DNA of 64,000 nt from a virus. Lineage: Duplodnaviria > Caudoviricetes. The notes beneath the pieces were generated by a model. That model did not search any database. It worked only from the letters and a program-made list of their open reading frames with translations, and had not been told where the DNA came from. The stretch spans positions 1 to 64,000 of the IMG/VR virus record IMGVR_UViG_3300009768_000006; one strand, written 5' to 3'. Positions within the stretch are counted from its first letter, which is position 1. Every line of letters begins with the position of its first letter. Positions 1 to 10,287 of this stretch are shown piece by piece. The position numbers were made by a program, and so were the translations under genes.

Positions 1-552
1 CCTAATAGTGTAACTAGTATAGGTGATTATGCTTTCGATGGATGTAAATCACTTAAATCTATTAACATCCCTAATAGTGTAACTAGTATAGGTGAAGGAG
101 CTTTCGATGGATGTAAATCACTTAAATCTATTAACATTCCTAATAGTGTAACTAGTATAGGTATATGTGCTTTCGAAAATTGTGACTCCTTAACATCTAT
201 AACTATCCCTAATAGTGTAACTAGGATAGGTATATGTGCTTTCGAAAATTGTGGCTCCTTAACATCTATAACTATTCCTAATAGTGTAACTAGTATAGGC
301 GCTTTCACTTTCAGAGAGTGTAAATCATTTAAGTCTATTACTATCCCTAATAGTGTAACTAGGATAGGTAAAGGAGCTTTCTATGAGTGTGCATCACTTA
401 AATCTATAGATATCCCTAATAGTGTAACTAGTATAGGTAAGTATGCTTTCTGCAATTGTGACTCCTTAACATCTATTAACATTCCTAATAGTGTGACTAG
501 TATAGGTGAAGGAGCTTTTAACCGTTGTGTATCACTTACGGATTTAAAATTT
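1..552 (+). repeat. Eight tandem 69-bp coding repeats of the LRR gene
   Basis: CCTAATAGTGT recurs at 1, 70, 139, 208, 277, 346, 415 and 484. Confidence 0.95.
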
Positions 553-624
553 GAAGGAGATCCTAAGGATATTGAAATAGGTAAAGATGTATTCCTAGGA
601 ACTCCACTTGAAGGAGTTTATTAA
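1..624 (+). CDS. BspA/LRR_5 (TpLRR) leucine-rich repeat protein, 3' part (5'-truncated by window edge)
   Basis: Frame +1 reads [35 protein letters not shown]... ending ...[21 protein letters not shown](622-624). 23-aa repeats of consensus [22 protein letters not shown]. Missed by the ORF track, which reports the antisense shadow 27..308. Confidence 0.92.
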   Translation, partial: PNSVTSIGDYAFDGCKSLKSINIPNSVTSIGEGAFDGCKSLKSINIPNSVTSIGICAFENCDSLTSITIPNSVTRIGICAFENCGSLTSITIPNSVTSIGAFTFRECKSFKSITIPNSVTRIGKGAFYECASLKSIDIPNSVTSIGKYAFCNCDSLTSINIPNSVTSIGEGAFNRCVSLTDLKFEGDPKDIEIGKDVFLGTPLEGVY

Positions 625-678
625 CTAGATATAGTTATTTAGAAATCCATAAACTATATATACATAAGGAGAATTATT

Positions 679-1891
679 ATGGAAGAAATCATCAGCCGTT
701 TAGAAGATAGAAGAACTGTAAGTGCCGCCAAAATGCTTCTAGGAAGCAAAGGCTACAAGGTTGTAAAGAATGATAGGATTAGAACTAATAGAAATGTTAA
801 ATTAGCTGAATCTAAAAAAACTTCAAGAAAGTTCATCTTCTAATACTATAAAATTTAATGTAGCTTATAGAGCTATGTTAGAAATAGACGCAGATGATGA
901 TTATTTAGAAGATGAAGAAGAGTATGGTAATTATGCTGGTGATTATACAGTAGAGTATGAATATCCTCCATTTAGTGATATGGAATATGACATGGATGAA
1001 GTAATTAAATCAGCAGCAGAAGATTTTAATAATACTCAACTACATAAATATGCTGCTAATGATAGTCGTACTAAAGATCTATCCATAAAATCCATCACTA
1101 TGGGTTTTCATGGTAAAGACTATAAGTGTATAATATATGTAGTTACTGAGAAGCATTTAACTGATGATGATATCAAGAATGTTATAAGTTATCTAGAAGG
1201 TCAGATGTCTGATGGATGGGGAGAAGGATATTCTCAGAAAAATTTAGCAGAATCTATGCATAATTCAGATCATACTGCATTGTATTTACAATTCTGGTGG
1301 AATGATAAGTATCATCCTTGGAAAATCACTGCTGTAGATATAGAAGATGATATGTATGAATCCACTAATATTAGTAAAGAAGTTGATAGCTCAAGAGATC
1401 TTAGTGAGATTATCTATAATAAGATTAGAGAGTCTAAGATTAAGAAGTTACACGAATCTACTGATGATCTATATGTACTATTGTATGAGGATCCTGAAGC
1501 TGGTATGACTAGCTATGATGAGGATAATGCTCTATTTAAGTTCAGAGCTCCTAATAGAGCTACTGCAGATAAATGGCTAGAAGATTATCTTGATGAGTTG
1601 ATGGTTCCTCGTAGAGCTCGTAATAACTATCATATAGTAGAAGATAGTCCTGAGCTTACTGCTTATAAAGATATTGAGATTCTTGGTGAGAGTACTGATC
1701 ATGATGATAGAGCTAAACTAGGTAAGAGAGTTAAACAAGTTAAAGGCTGGAAGATATATCAAGGTACAGATGCAGAAGGCAATGGAGTATTCAGACTATT
1801 CACTCCAGATGAAGATCATCCAGCTATTGGCTATGAGGATTGGCAGACTGATAGTATGGAAGAAGCAGAGGAATGGATATCTAATTATTAG
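679..1891 (+). CDS. Putative internal head/cargo protein, split by a +1 frameshift at an A7 run (679..843 plus the frame of 875..1891)
   Basis: ATG at 679 has the RBS AAGGAG. Its frame stops at 841-843, but removing one A from A7 (814-820) joins it to the open frame containing 875..1891, reading ...LAESKKLQESSSSNTIKFNVAYRAMLEID... Many [LIMV]xES motifs. Confidence 0.65.
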
Positions 1892-2003
1892 GAATCTTGA
1901 AGATGTGATGATATTGAAATAGGTTATGAGGCATTTCCTGAAGGCTTGTTAGATAGTAGGAGGATTATTGATCACCACTAATCACTATAAGGGAGGATTA
2001 CTT

Positions 2004-2942
2004 ATGAGCGTATATGAAGAAGATGTATCATTCAGAGAGCCTATTGTAGATCCTAGAACTGTCATTCCTAATATAAGTGGACCTGTTGAGAAGCAACAGA
2101 TAGATGACGATGTAGTACAGAATGTTGAACTATCTAGATCTAATGCAAGTATGAAACAGTATGTGGATAACATTGCTAATACGTTGAGGACACATGCTAA
2201 TCAAGCAGCTGCTGCAGTAGCTGTACCTATCATCGCAAATAATCTATCAATGTCTCAAGAAGTACCAGAAGAGTCTGAAGATAATATAGCAAATGGATCC
2301 TCTGCTATAGCTCTAGGAGAAGGTACTAAAGCTCTTGGTGATCTATCTATAACTACAGGTTCAGGTAGTGCACAATTATGTACTGTAGAAGTTGAAGGAG
2401 AAGATGTAAATGTAGTAGCATCAGCAGCAGATGCAGAAGCTACAGAAATTACTATCTCTGTGGCTCATCCTCTGATAGGTATCAACAGTATAATATCATT
2501 CAATGACTCTCCTTATCTGTATAAAGTACAAGCAGTGAATGATTTAGTACTTACTATTACTCCTGCATTAATAGAAGCTATAGAAGCTGATAGCACTATC
2601 ATATCACATCGAGGAGTAGCTTATGGTAAAGCCTCTCAGATCATAGGTACTAATAATATAAATCTAGGAGATAACAGTCTAGTAGTAGGATCTGATCTAG
2701 TAGGTGATGCTCCTGAAGCTATAATCCTAGGTAAATATAATGAACGTCATACTGTAGATAAAGCGTTTGTTATAGGTGGAGGTACTGGAGATCTAGCAAG
2801 GAAGAATATATTCTCTGTGGATACTGATGGTGTCGCTGAGTGCTTAGGTATCATAGTGAAATCCTCTACAGCAGAAAGCACTAAGAGATTCAGAATCACA
2901 GTAGATGACACAGGAGCAATTACTGCTACAGAGGTAGTATGA
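2004..2942 (+). CDS. Putative virion fibre/decoration protein with YadA-head-like (Hep_Hag-like) repeats
   Basis: ATG 2004 follows GGGAGG. Repeats SSAIALGEGTKALG, ASQIIGTNNINLG, NSLVVGSDL and AFVIGGG. Confidence 0.5.
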   Translation: MSVYEEDVSFREPIVDPRTVIPNISGPVEKQQIDDDVVQNVELSRSNASMKQYVDNIANTLRTHANQAAAAVAVPIIANNLSMSQEVPEESEDNIANGSSAIALGEGTKALGDLSITTGSGSAQLCTVEVEGEDVNVVASAADAEATEITISVAHPLIGINSIISFNDSPYLYKVQAVNDLVLTITPALIEAIEADSTIISHRGVAYGKASQIIGTNNINLGDNSLVVGSDLVGDAPEAIILGKYNERHTVDKAFVIGGGTGDLARKNIFSVDTDGVAECLGIIVKSSTAESTKRFRITVDDTGAITATEVV

Positions 2943-2968
2943 TAGTATAGTGATAGGCTGGTGAGACG

Positions 2969-4885
2969 GTGGCTAATATACCTCAGATAAATAATCTGAC
3001 AGATGAAGAGAAGAAAATATTCTATAGCTTATTGAAAGCCTCTAATCAGAAAGATAGTATAGACTTAAACCCTATACTATCTTTCTATGAGTTGGATTAT
3101 GAAGAAGTACCTGTTAATGTAATAGAGTTCATTACTAATGAGAATTATATGGGGAAAGTATATGATAATGGTAATGGTGTATATCCTTATTGGAAATCAC
3201 TATTACAGAACTTCTTCCATAATAATCCTAACAAAGCATTCGAGCTCATGATAACAGGAGCTATAGGTATAGGTAAAACTACTATAGCATCTATAGCATT
3301 GACTTATGTATTATATAGGACTATGTGTCTTAAAGATCCTCAGAAGTTTTATGGTCTCACAAGTAACTCTATAATAGCTTTCTTAGTAATGAACTTAACA
3401 TTAGATCTAGCATATGATGGTCTATATACTATGATAGTAGAAGCTATAAAACTATCACCATGGTTCATGCAGAGAGTTACTATAAGAGGTAAGTATGAGT
3501 ATGTTATAGAGTTCCCTAAGAATATAGTACTCATGGCCGGGTCGCAAACCACTCATACTATAGGTAAGAATATACTAGTAGCTATACTAGATGAAGTCAA
3601 CTTCAGTAAAGCTCCTAAGGGTAGTAAGAACTCTGTAATGGATATGTACAGAAACATAAGACGTAGATTAGAGTCTCGATTCCTTAAACAAGGTCGTATC
3701 CCAGGATTACTTATGATGATATCCTCTAAGAATGATGAGCTAGACTTCTTAGAGCAATATATACAGAGTGTTAAGTATCAACCTACTACTTGGGTAGTTG
3801 ATAAACCTATATATGAGATTAAACCTCCTGATACATATAAGGGAGATACGTTTAATGTAGCTGTAGGAGATAAGACTAAAGAGAGCAAGATACTGACGGA
3901 TACTGATAATATAGATCTATATATAGAGAATGGCTATCGTATTATCTCAGTACCTACTGAGTATTATGTAGCATTCAAGTCAGACATAAATGAAGCACTG
4001 AAGGATATAGCAGGGATCAGTAGTGTATCTACTAATAAATTGATACCTTATGTAGGTAAGATAGAAGCTTGTATAGATACTAAGGCTAAATCTCCTTTTA
4101 TGGTAGATACGATACAGTTAAGTTTAGAGTCTATAGAAGACATAATAGATTACTTAGATGATATAAGAATACTGAAGAAAGATATCCATAAGCCTAGGTT
4201 CGCTCATATAGATATAGGATTAAAAGGAGATAAATTAGGATTAGCTGTAGTACATGAAGAAGCAGAAGTAGCAGTAGATAGATATGAGATAGTTACAGGT
4301 AAAAAATCTACTGTATTAGATAGAAAGTATGTGGTAGATATCTTATTATCTATACAAGCTGTATCAGGTAGTGAAATACCTCTATATAAAGTAAGAGAAT
4401 TCATCATGTGGCTCAAAGACGTCATAGGATATAAGATGGAACTAGTAACATATGACGGATTCCAATCAGCTGATAGTATACAGCTACTTAAGATGTCTAG
4501 AATAAATGCAGCATTGCTATCTGTAGATAGAACTGCTATCCCTTATCTTAATCTCAGATCATGTATACTAGAGAACAGGCTAACTATGTACCACAACACG
4601 TTGTTAGTAAGGGAGTTACGAGACTTGGAGTATAGCAGGAAGGATAATAAAGTAGATCATCCTGCATTATCTGAGAATAACTCGGAAGGCAGTAAAGACT
4701 TATCTGATGCTCTATGTGGAGCTATAAATAATGCTCAAGATTATTACACTAAGAACCTCAGACAATCACCTAGTACTAAGAGAAATGTCAATGCTGCTAT
4801 AGAGAACATAAGAGCTATAAATGCTAAACGAGAATTAGCTAAATATAGAAATACTATAACTCATGATAACGATTGGATACTATAA
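2969..4885 (+). CDS. Terminase large subunit
   Basis: Walker A GAIGIGKT, Walker B ILDEV, RNase H-like nuclease motifs (HIDIG, YDGFQS, KVDHP...SKDLSDA); lies upstream of the portal gene. Confidence 0.92.
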   Translation: MANIPQINNLTDEEKKIFYSLLKASNQKDSIDLNPILSFYELDYEEVPVNVIEFITNENYMGKVYDNGNGVYPYWKSLLQNFFHNNPNKAFELMITGAIGIGKTTIASIALTYVLYRTMCLKDPQKFYGLTSNSIIAFLVMNLTLDLAYDGLYTMIVEAIKLSPWFMQRVTIRGKYEYVIEFPKNIVLMAGSQTTHTIGKNILVAILDEVNFSKAPKGSKNSVMDMYRNIRRRLESRFLKQGRIPGLLMMISSKNDELDFLEQYIQSVKYQPTTWVVDKPIYEIKPPDTYKGDTFNVAVGDKTKESKILTDTDNIDLYIENGYRIISVPTEYYVAFKSDINEALKDIAGISSVSTNKLIPYVGKIEACIDTKAKSPFMVDTIQLSLESIEDIIDYLDDIRILKKDIHKPRFAHIDIGLKGDKLGLAVVHEEAEVAVDRYEIVTGKKSTVLDRKYVVDILLSIQAVSGSEIPLYKVREFIMWLKDVIGYKMELVTYDGFQSADSIQLLKMSRINAALLSVDRTAIPYLNLRSCILENRLTMYHNTLLVRELRDLEYSRKDNKVDHPALSENNSEGSKDLSDALCGAINNAQDYYTKNLRQSPSTKRNVNAAIENIRAINAKRELAKYRNTITHDNDWIL

Positions 4886-5304
4886 TGGAGAGAAACAAAA
4901 GATTAGGATCCTACTGGATGGAGTCATCTGAAGATGGTAGACTATGGATGCTAAGACAAGGAGCAGGAGTCTTAGCATATAGTACTAATGAGAATATAAC
5001 CATCGAAGAGTTCATATCAGAGTATGAGAGTAAGCATGCTACTGATCCATACAAGTATAATCCTGATAAGAAAGACTACTATATATACAGGATCACTGAC
5101 ATCAATCCTAGTAAGTACTACAAAGTAAAGATAGGTTCTCGTACTTATTATAAACCTAATGCTGAGTTCAGTACTGTAATCAAGTATACTGAACATGATG
5201 CTAAGTCTATAGTAGATAAAGAGAATAAGAAAGAGAAGTTATATCATCAAGATCCTCGAAACAAGAATGATGTAACTTATATTTATAAATATAGCAATGA
5301 ATAA
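4873..5304 (+). CDS. Hypothetical protein (start may be ATG 4885, overlapping the terminase stop)
   Basis: ORF track; TAATG stop/start coupling at 4883-4887. Confidence 0.7.
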   Translation: MDTIMERNKRLGSYWMESSEDGRLWMLRQGAGVLAYSTNENITIEEFISEYESKHATDPYKYNPDKKDYYIYRITDINPSKYYKVKIGSRTYYKPNAEFSTVIKYTEHDAKSIVDKENKKEKLYHQDPRNKNDVTYIYKYSNE

Positions 5305-5319
5305 TAGGAGGTACATATC

Positions 5320-5748
5320 ATGCTATCAGGTAACATAGGAGTATTCTATCTTCTGAAGGATAAATTAGTCTATACTATGATTTCTATTGAAGACTATATG
5401 ACGCATATAATGAATGAAGATCCTAAGGATGTATTAGACTCTGGTACTGTTCTAATGTATGGTAGACTGCCTGATCTATGGGATCAGTTTAAGAGATCAT
5501 ACAAACATAATGCAGCTATCATACCTGATTATCTAGATATGAATAGAGGAGCTGTATACTATGATACGTACAAATCTAGATATATAATATCAGTCCCAGC
5601 TATTCTAGATAAAGAAGAGTATATAAACATTATAATAGATAGGTTCGGATTGAAAGGTAGTAACTTTATTGTAGATACTGATATGGATGACTTTGATGCG
5701 AAAGTATCTGTAAATTCTTATTATATAAGCAAGGATCACAAGTATTAG
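5320..5748 (+). CDS. Hypothetical protein
   Basis: ORF with strong RBS AAGGAGGT. Confidence 0.75.
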   Translation: MLSGNIGVFYLLKDKLVYTMISIEDYMTHIMNEDPKDVLDSGTVLMYGRLPDLWDQFKRSYKHNAAIIPDYLDMNRGAVYYDTYKSRYIISVPAILDKEEYINIIIDRFGLKGSNFIVDTDMDDFDAKVSVNSYYISKDHKY

Positions 5749-5840
5749 TACAGTACGGTTGTTCCTTATATATATAATAGAAGATTACACTTTAATGATG
5801 TACTTATTCGTATACAAGTATACCTGTATAGGAGGTATAA

Positions 5841-7460
5841 ATGGGACTATTTGATAGAAAACCTAAACCTACTGATAACTATGAAGCTTCATTATTGAGG
5901 CTACTAGGTAATCTAACTCCTTCAGATATAGATAGGCTAGAATCTATCATAAAGAATGTATCTGCATCAGGAGAGAATAAAGTAGATAATCCGATACTTA
6001 ACAATTACTTAGGCATATTACGGAAGCTATACAGTAATAATATATATGATATAGAGAACAATCCAGTAACTAGAGATAGACGTTATGAGATATATGATGA
6101 GATGGATGAATCTACTGCTTATATCTCATCTGCTCTAGATATACTGTCTGATGATGCTACTCAGCCAGATGAGAATGGAGATATAATTCATATAAAGTCT
6201 GACAATGAGAAAGTAATAGCATTAGTAGAGGAATTGTTTGATACTTATGATATAAAAGATAAGGTAGCTAAGTGGGCTAGAGCAATAGCTAAGTATGGAG
6301 ACCTTTTTGTGAAACTTGAAGGAGTAGTAGGAGAAGGTATAATATTCATAAACGATTCTTTATACCCTAGTACGGTAACTCGTAGAGATTATAATGGTAA
6401 GCTATTAGCATTCAATTATAATCCTTATAATACTTTATCTAATACTAATGATCTAGATAATATGTATGCTCCATGGGAGTTTGTTCATTTTAGACATAAA
6501 GGTGATATATATAGAGAGGAAAGAAAAGTCCTATCTAATAGTACTAATGCTGATGACAATACTCTATCTTATTATGGTCAGTCTATACTAAGACCTGCTA
6601 TTAAAGTATATGCTCAACTACGATTTGTAGAGAATATGATGATACTCTCTAGATTCACTAACTCTATAAAACGTAACATATTCCTGATCAATGTAGGAGA
6701 TCTACCTCCAGAGAAGTCATTTGATGCAATAGATGTATACAGTAAGTTATTGAAGAAGGATGTATCATTAGATATAGAGTCTAGTGCATACAACGCTCAG
6801 AAACATACTGTAACATTTGATGAAGATATATTCATTCCTGTAGGAGATCCTCAGAATGATGTGAAGATAGAGCAAGTAGGAGGGGATGCTGAGATATCTA
6901 GACAGTATGATCTAGAGTATATACTCAATAAACTATTTGCAGCTCTTAAAGTACCTAAGGCTTATCTAAACTATGAGCAAGATCTCAACGCTCGATCCAC
7001 ATTAATACAACTAGATATAAGATATGCTAGATCAGTTAGTCAAATTCAGAATACAATAGAAAGTGGACTAATGAAGATAGCTCGTACTCATCTAGCATAT
7101 AAAGGTCTAGATGCTGACATGCTTAATCTAGAAATAAGTCTTACTAATGTATCTTCTATAGATGAAGAGTCTAGGATGGACCAATTAGATAAGAAAGTTA
7201 GTTTAGCTAAGTCTATATGGGATCTTACTTCAGATATGTTAGGAGAAGAAGTTGATAAATCTGTACTCGTAGACCATATACTTACAAATTATGTAGGTAT
7301 GGATAAAAGTACTGTTAATAAACTACTAGGAATAAAAGATGATGAACTAAATAATCTAACTGAGAAACATACATATAAGTACTATGTTAACGATGGTGCA
7401 TATCCTACAGATAAAAAAGCTTATCTAAGTAGGATATTAGATAGCAAACAAATTCAATAA
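5841..7460 (+). CDS. Portal protein (T4 gp20-like)
   Basis: Motifs YDEMD...ISSALDILSDDAT, VHFR, YGQSIL.PA, DEDIFIP, LFAALKVPKAYL and DIRYAR; position between terminase and head genes. Confidence 0.9.
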   Translation: MGLFDRKPKPTDNYEASLLRLLGNLTPSDIDRLESIIKNVSASGENKVDNPILNNYLGILRKLYSNNIYDIENNPVTRDRRYEIYDEMDESTAYISSALDILSDDATQPDENGDIIHIKSDNEKVIALVEELFDTYDIKDKVAKWARAIAKYGDLFVKLEGVVGEGIIFINDSLYPSTVTRRDYNGKLLAFNYNPYNTLSNTNDLDNMYAPWEFVHFRHKGDIYREERKVLSNSTNADDNTLSYYGQSILRPAIKVYAQLRFVENMMILSRFTNSIKRNIFLINVGDLPPEKSFDAIDVYSKLLKKDVSLDIESSAYNAQKHTVTFDEDIFIPVGDPQNDVKIEQVGGDAEISRQYDLEYILNKLFAALKVPKAYLNYEQDLNARSTLIQLDIRYARSVSQIQNTIESGLMKIARTHLAYKGLDADMLNLEISLTNVSSIDEESRMDQLDKKVSLAKSIWDLTSDMLGEEVDKSVLVDHILTNYVGMDKSTVNKLLGIKDDELNNLTEKHTYKYYVNDGAYPTDKKAYLSRILDSKQIQ

Positions 7461-7478
7461 TCTTAGGAGGATAGATAC

Positions 7479-9791
7479 ATGAACATATATTCCAGGTTAA
7501 ATGAACAATACAAGATAGCTCCTGTAGCTAGACGTTATATGCTAGCTGACCTGCTATCAGAAAGCTACAGATGTCTGTATAATGAGAGTAGTGGTACTAA
7601 TCTTTATAAGCTGTATGAGAATTTTATAGCTGAGGTTAAATCATCAGCTAATCCTAATACATCTTTACTCTCTAGTAAACTATCTACTCTTAAACAAGTA
7701 AAATCATTGATAGAGTCTAATAGTATCTTAGATAAAGATCTTGATAAATACTTGACAGAAGAGGAAGATTTAGGATATAATCCTACTGGTACTAAACTAC
7801 ATTTTAAACATACTAATCGAGCAGCAGAGTCTCCTGATACTAGTGGATCTATAAAACTAGATGAATCTACTTATGAAGATTATGAGTGGGAGCCTGAGTG
7901 GCATAAAGAATATATGGTACCTACAAGACTGAAGTACTATACTAATAAATTAGGAGATGAATATTCAGGAGTTTTTGGTACAATATATGAACCATATGGT
8001 AAAGAATTCACTAGCTATGGCGCTGATATCTATGATAATGAGAAGGCTGATGTAGTTGCCAATATGAATGGATTTTCTACAGAAGATGAAGCAAAAAAGT
8101 GGGTAGAGAATTGGTTCAAGGAACATCCTCAGAATAATGAGATTAGTACTAATGAGAATAAAGCTCCTCGTAGGAAAAGATCAGTACTCGAATCCTCTGA
8201 TGACACTAATAAACTAGTATATGTGAATGTTGCACAAGCTAGTAAATTGTATGGATTAGATATAGACCATGGAACGTTAGTATATGAGTATCCTGATGAT
8301 TCAGGGATTATACTATTAAGTGAATCTCCATCGAAGCCTGACATGTACTATATATATGCTGTACCTTCTGCTGATGAATCACAAGCAGAATATACTAGTG
8401 GAAAATGCTATAGTTGGAAAGAGGCTAGTAGAATACTAGCAACTATAGCTGATAGCACTAATACATTTGATAATGCTATATCTAATAATGCTTATGGTTT
8501 TTTCAATATATTTGAAAATGTGAATGTATACGATACCAATACTAACGAATCTACGCAGCTAGATGAAGCAGCAGATCAAGAATCTTTCCAGAATGCAGGT
8601 TTTGATTGGGATATACTAGATACTAAAGGAGACTACACTTTAGTACATGCTGCAGAGAAGCAACTTACTCCTTATGTAGTAGCTTATAAACTAGACGCTA
8701 AGGATCCTTCCAACAATAAAAGATCTTGGGGACAAGGCCATTACTTCGATACAGAGAAAGCAGCTAGAAAGTATCTAGAGAAGCTATCTACTAAAGAATC
8801 TAGAAATATCTCTATTAGGAAGAAACTAAAGATAGTTAATGAAGCTACAACTACTAGAGTTAATATTAACTCTAATCCTATATTGCAGTCTATAAAATCA
8901 ATATGTGATAAGTATAAATTTAAATTCTATTTAACTAAATCTGTAGATAAGGATACTAATAATAAACCTAGTTATAATATACTTATAGTATCTAGTATGA
9001 CTTATGGTCCTTCACTATATAGTAGTAGTTTAATATCTAATCCTACTATGAATGATCTTAGAATTAGAGTAAGTAATATAGAAGAGGTAGAGGAAAGTGA
9101 TTATGAGAATTATGCTAATGCTCTATTAGATGCTACGAAGTTAAAATCGGAATTAGCTAGTATAGACATAACTAAAGTCTATGAATCTAAGAAAATATAT
9201 AAGTATAAGAAGCTTAGAGAATCTTTAGATAATTTCAGAGCTATGTCTAAGGATAAGTCTTTCTATAAGACACTGAGAACTTTGATAGAATCATTAGATA
9301 AACTAGATGAATCTAAGTGCATTAAACTGCATAAAGCTCTGACATCTGCACTAACTCATCTTACTGTAGAGCTAGAACATAATCCTGAATTCAAGACTAC
9401 TTTCAGTGAGTGCTCTACTATTATAAGCAATATCAATAAAGCTATTACTAAGAAGATTACTGAGTCTGTAGAAATTAGCGATGAAGTACTTGATGGGTTG
9501 AAGAGGTTCGTAGATGTTATCATGAATGCATCTGCTGAAGCTGCTTATCCTGATGATGAAGTAGTAGCAGAAAATCCTCCTGCTGAAGATGAAACTACTG
9601 AATCCGAGGAAGCTGAAGATGACTTGGATGATAGTGAGGATACTGAAGATGATAATCTATCATTAGGAGACGACGAGGAGTCTGATGAAGATCCTGATGA
9701 AGTGACAGATGAAGAAGTAGAAGAGATAAAGAAGCAACTAGAGGAATGCGATAAACCTACTCGCAAATTAAAGTTCAAAAAATCTAAGTAA
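7479..9791 (+). CDS. Large internal head/scaffold-like protein with acidic C-terminus
   Basis: Between portal and prohead protease. Numerous [LIV]xE[SA] motifs and an Asp/Glu-rich tail. Confidence 0.6.
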   Translation: MNIYSRLNEQYKIAPVARRYMLADLLSESYRCLYNESSGTNLYKLYENFIAEVKSSANPNTSLLSSKLSTLKQVKSLIESNSILDKDLDKYLTEEEDLGYNPTGTKLHFKHTNRAAESPDTSGSIKLDESTYEDYEWEPEWHKEYMVPTRLKYYTNKLGDEYSGVFGTIYEPYGKEFTSYGADIYDNEKADVVANMNGFSTEDEAKKWVENWFKEHPQNNEISTNENKAPRRKRSVLESSDDTNKLVYVNVAQASKLYGLDIDHGTLVYEYPDDSGIILLSESPSKPDMYYIYAVPSADESQAEYTSGKCYSWKEASRILATIADSTNTFDNAISNNAYGFFNIFENVNVYDTNTNESTQLDEAADQESFQNAGFDWDILDTKGDYTLVHAAEKQLTPYVVAYKLDAKDPSNNKRSWGQGHYFDTEKAARKYLEKLSTKESRNISIRKKLKIVNEATTTRVNINSNPILQSIKSICDKYKFKFYLTKSVDKDTNNKPSYNILIVSSMTYGPSLYSSSLISNPTMNDLRIRVSNIEEVEESDYENYANALLDATKLKSELASIDITKVYESKKIYKYKKLRESLDNFRAMSKDKSFYKTLRTLIESLDKLDESKCIKLHKALTSALTHLTVELEHNPEFKTTFSECSTIISNINKAITKKITESVEISDEVLDGLKRFVDVIMNASAEAAYPDDEVVAENPPAEDETTESEEAEDDLDDSEDTEDDNLSLGDDEESDEDPDEVTDEEVEEIKKQLEECDKPTRKLKFKKSK

Positions 9792-9820
9792 TATATTATT
9801 ATATAAGGAGAATTATAATT

Positions 9821-10198
9821 ATGACTAATGAAGAACGTATTGAACAACTACTGGACTACTATGACGAGTCAGTGGAAAATGGAGAACGTTTAGAGACAGC
9901 TATACTAGATATATTAAATATAGACTTATATAGTCCTGAATATTTTGATGTAGTTGATTTAGATGTATTCTTTAATGAATATCTAACTCCAGATCAAGTA
10001 CTTAAACTATATAACTATATAAATCCTACTAATATAAGAAATGTTGCTATTATAGCTGATAAGTTATTAGAATTCTTTAAATCTGATGGAGCTATCAGAG
10101 CAAAGATTAGGAACTCCAGTAAATACTCATCAATCATAGACATAGATTACAATAATGACGCATTTGATTCATTCACTATTCAGATATACAAGTCTTAA
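9821..10198 (+). CDS. Hypothetical protein
   Basis: ORF with RBS AAGGAG. Confidence 0.7.
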   Translation: MTNEERIEQLLDYYDESVENGERLETAILDILNIDLYSPEYFDVVDLDVFFNEYLTPDQVLKLYNYINPTNIRNVAIIADKLLEFFKSDGAIRAKIRNSSKYSSIIDIDYNNDAFDSFTIQIYKS

Positions 10199-10287
10199 TA
10201 TTAATATTAACTAAATACAGTATAGTACGTAAATTACTATTCAGTAAGATCCATCTAGTTACTTATAGATTGACGAGGTGATTTTGA

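Noticed and set aside
27-308. Minus-strand 93-aa repetitive ORF in the track
   Set aside because: Antisense shadow of the LRR gene.
1-552. 69-bp periodic repeat resembling a CRISPR array (constant part plus variable part)
   Set aside because: The period is a multiple of 3, the frame is open and encodes canonical LRR_5 repeats, the variable parts are related to one another, and there are no cas genes.
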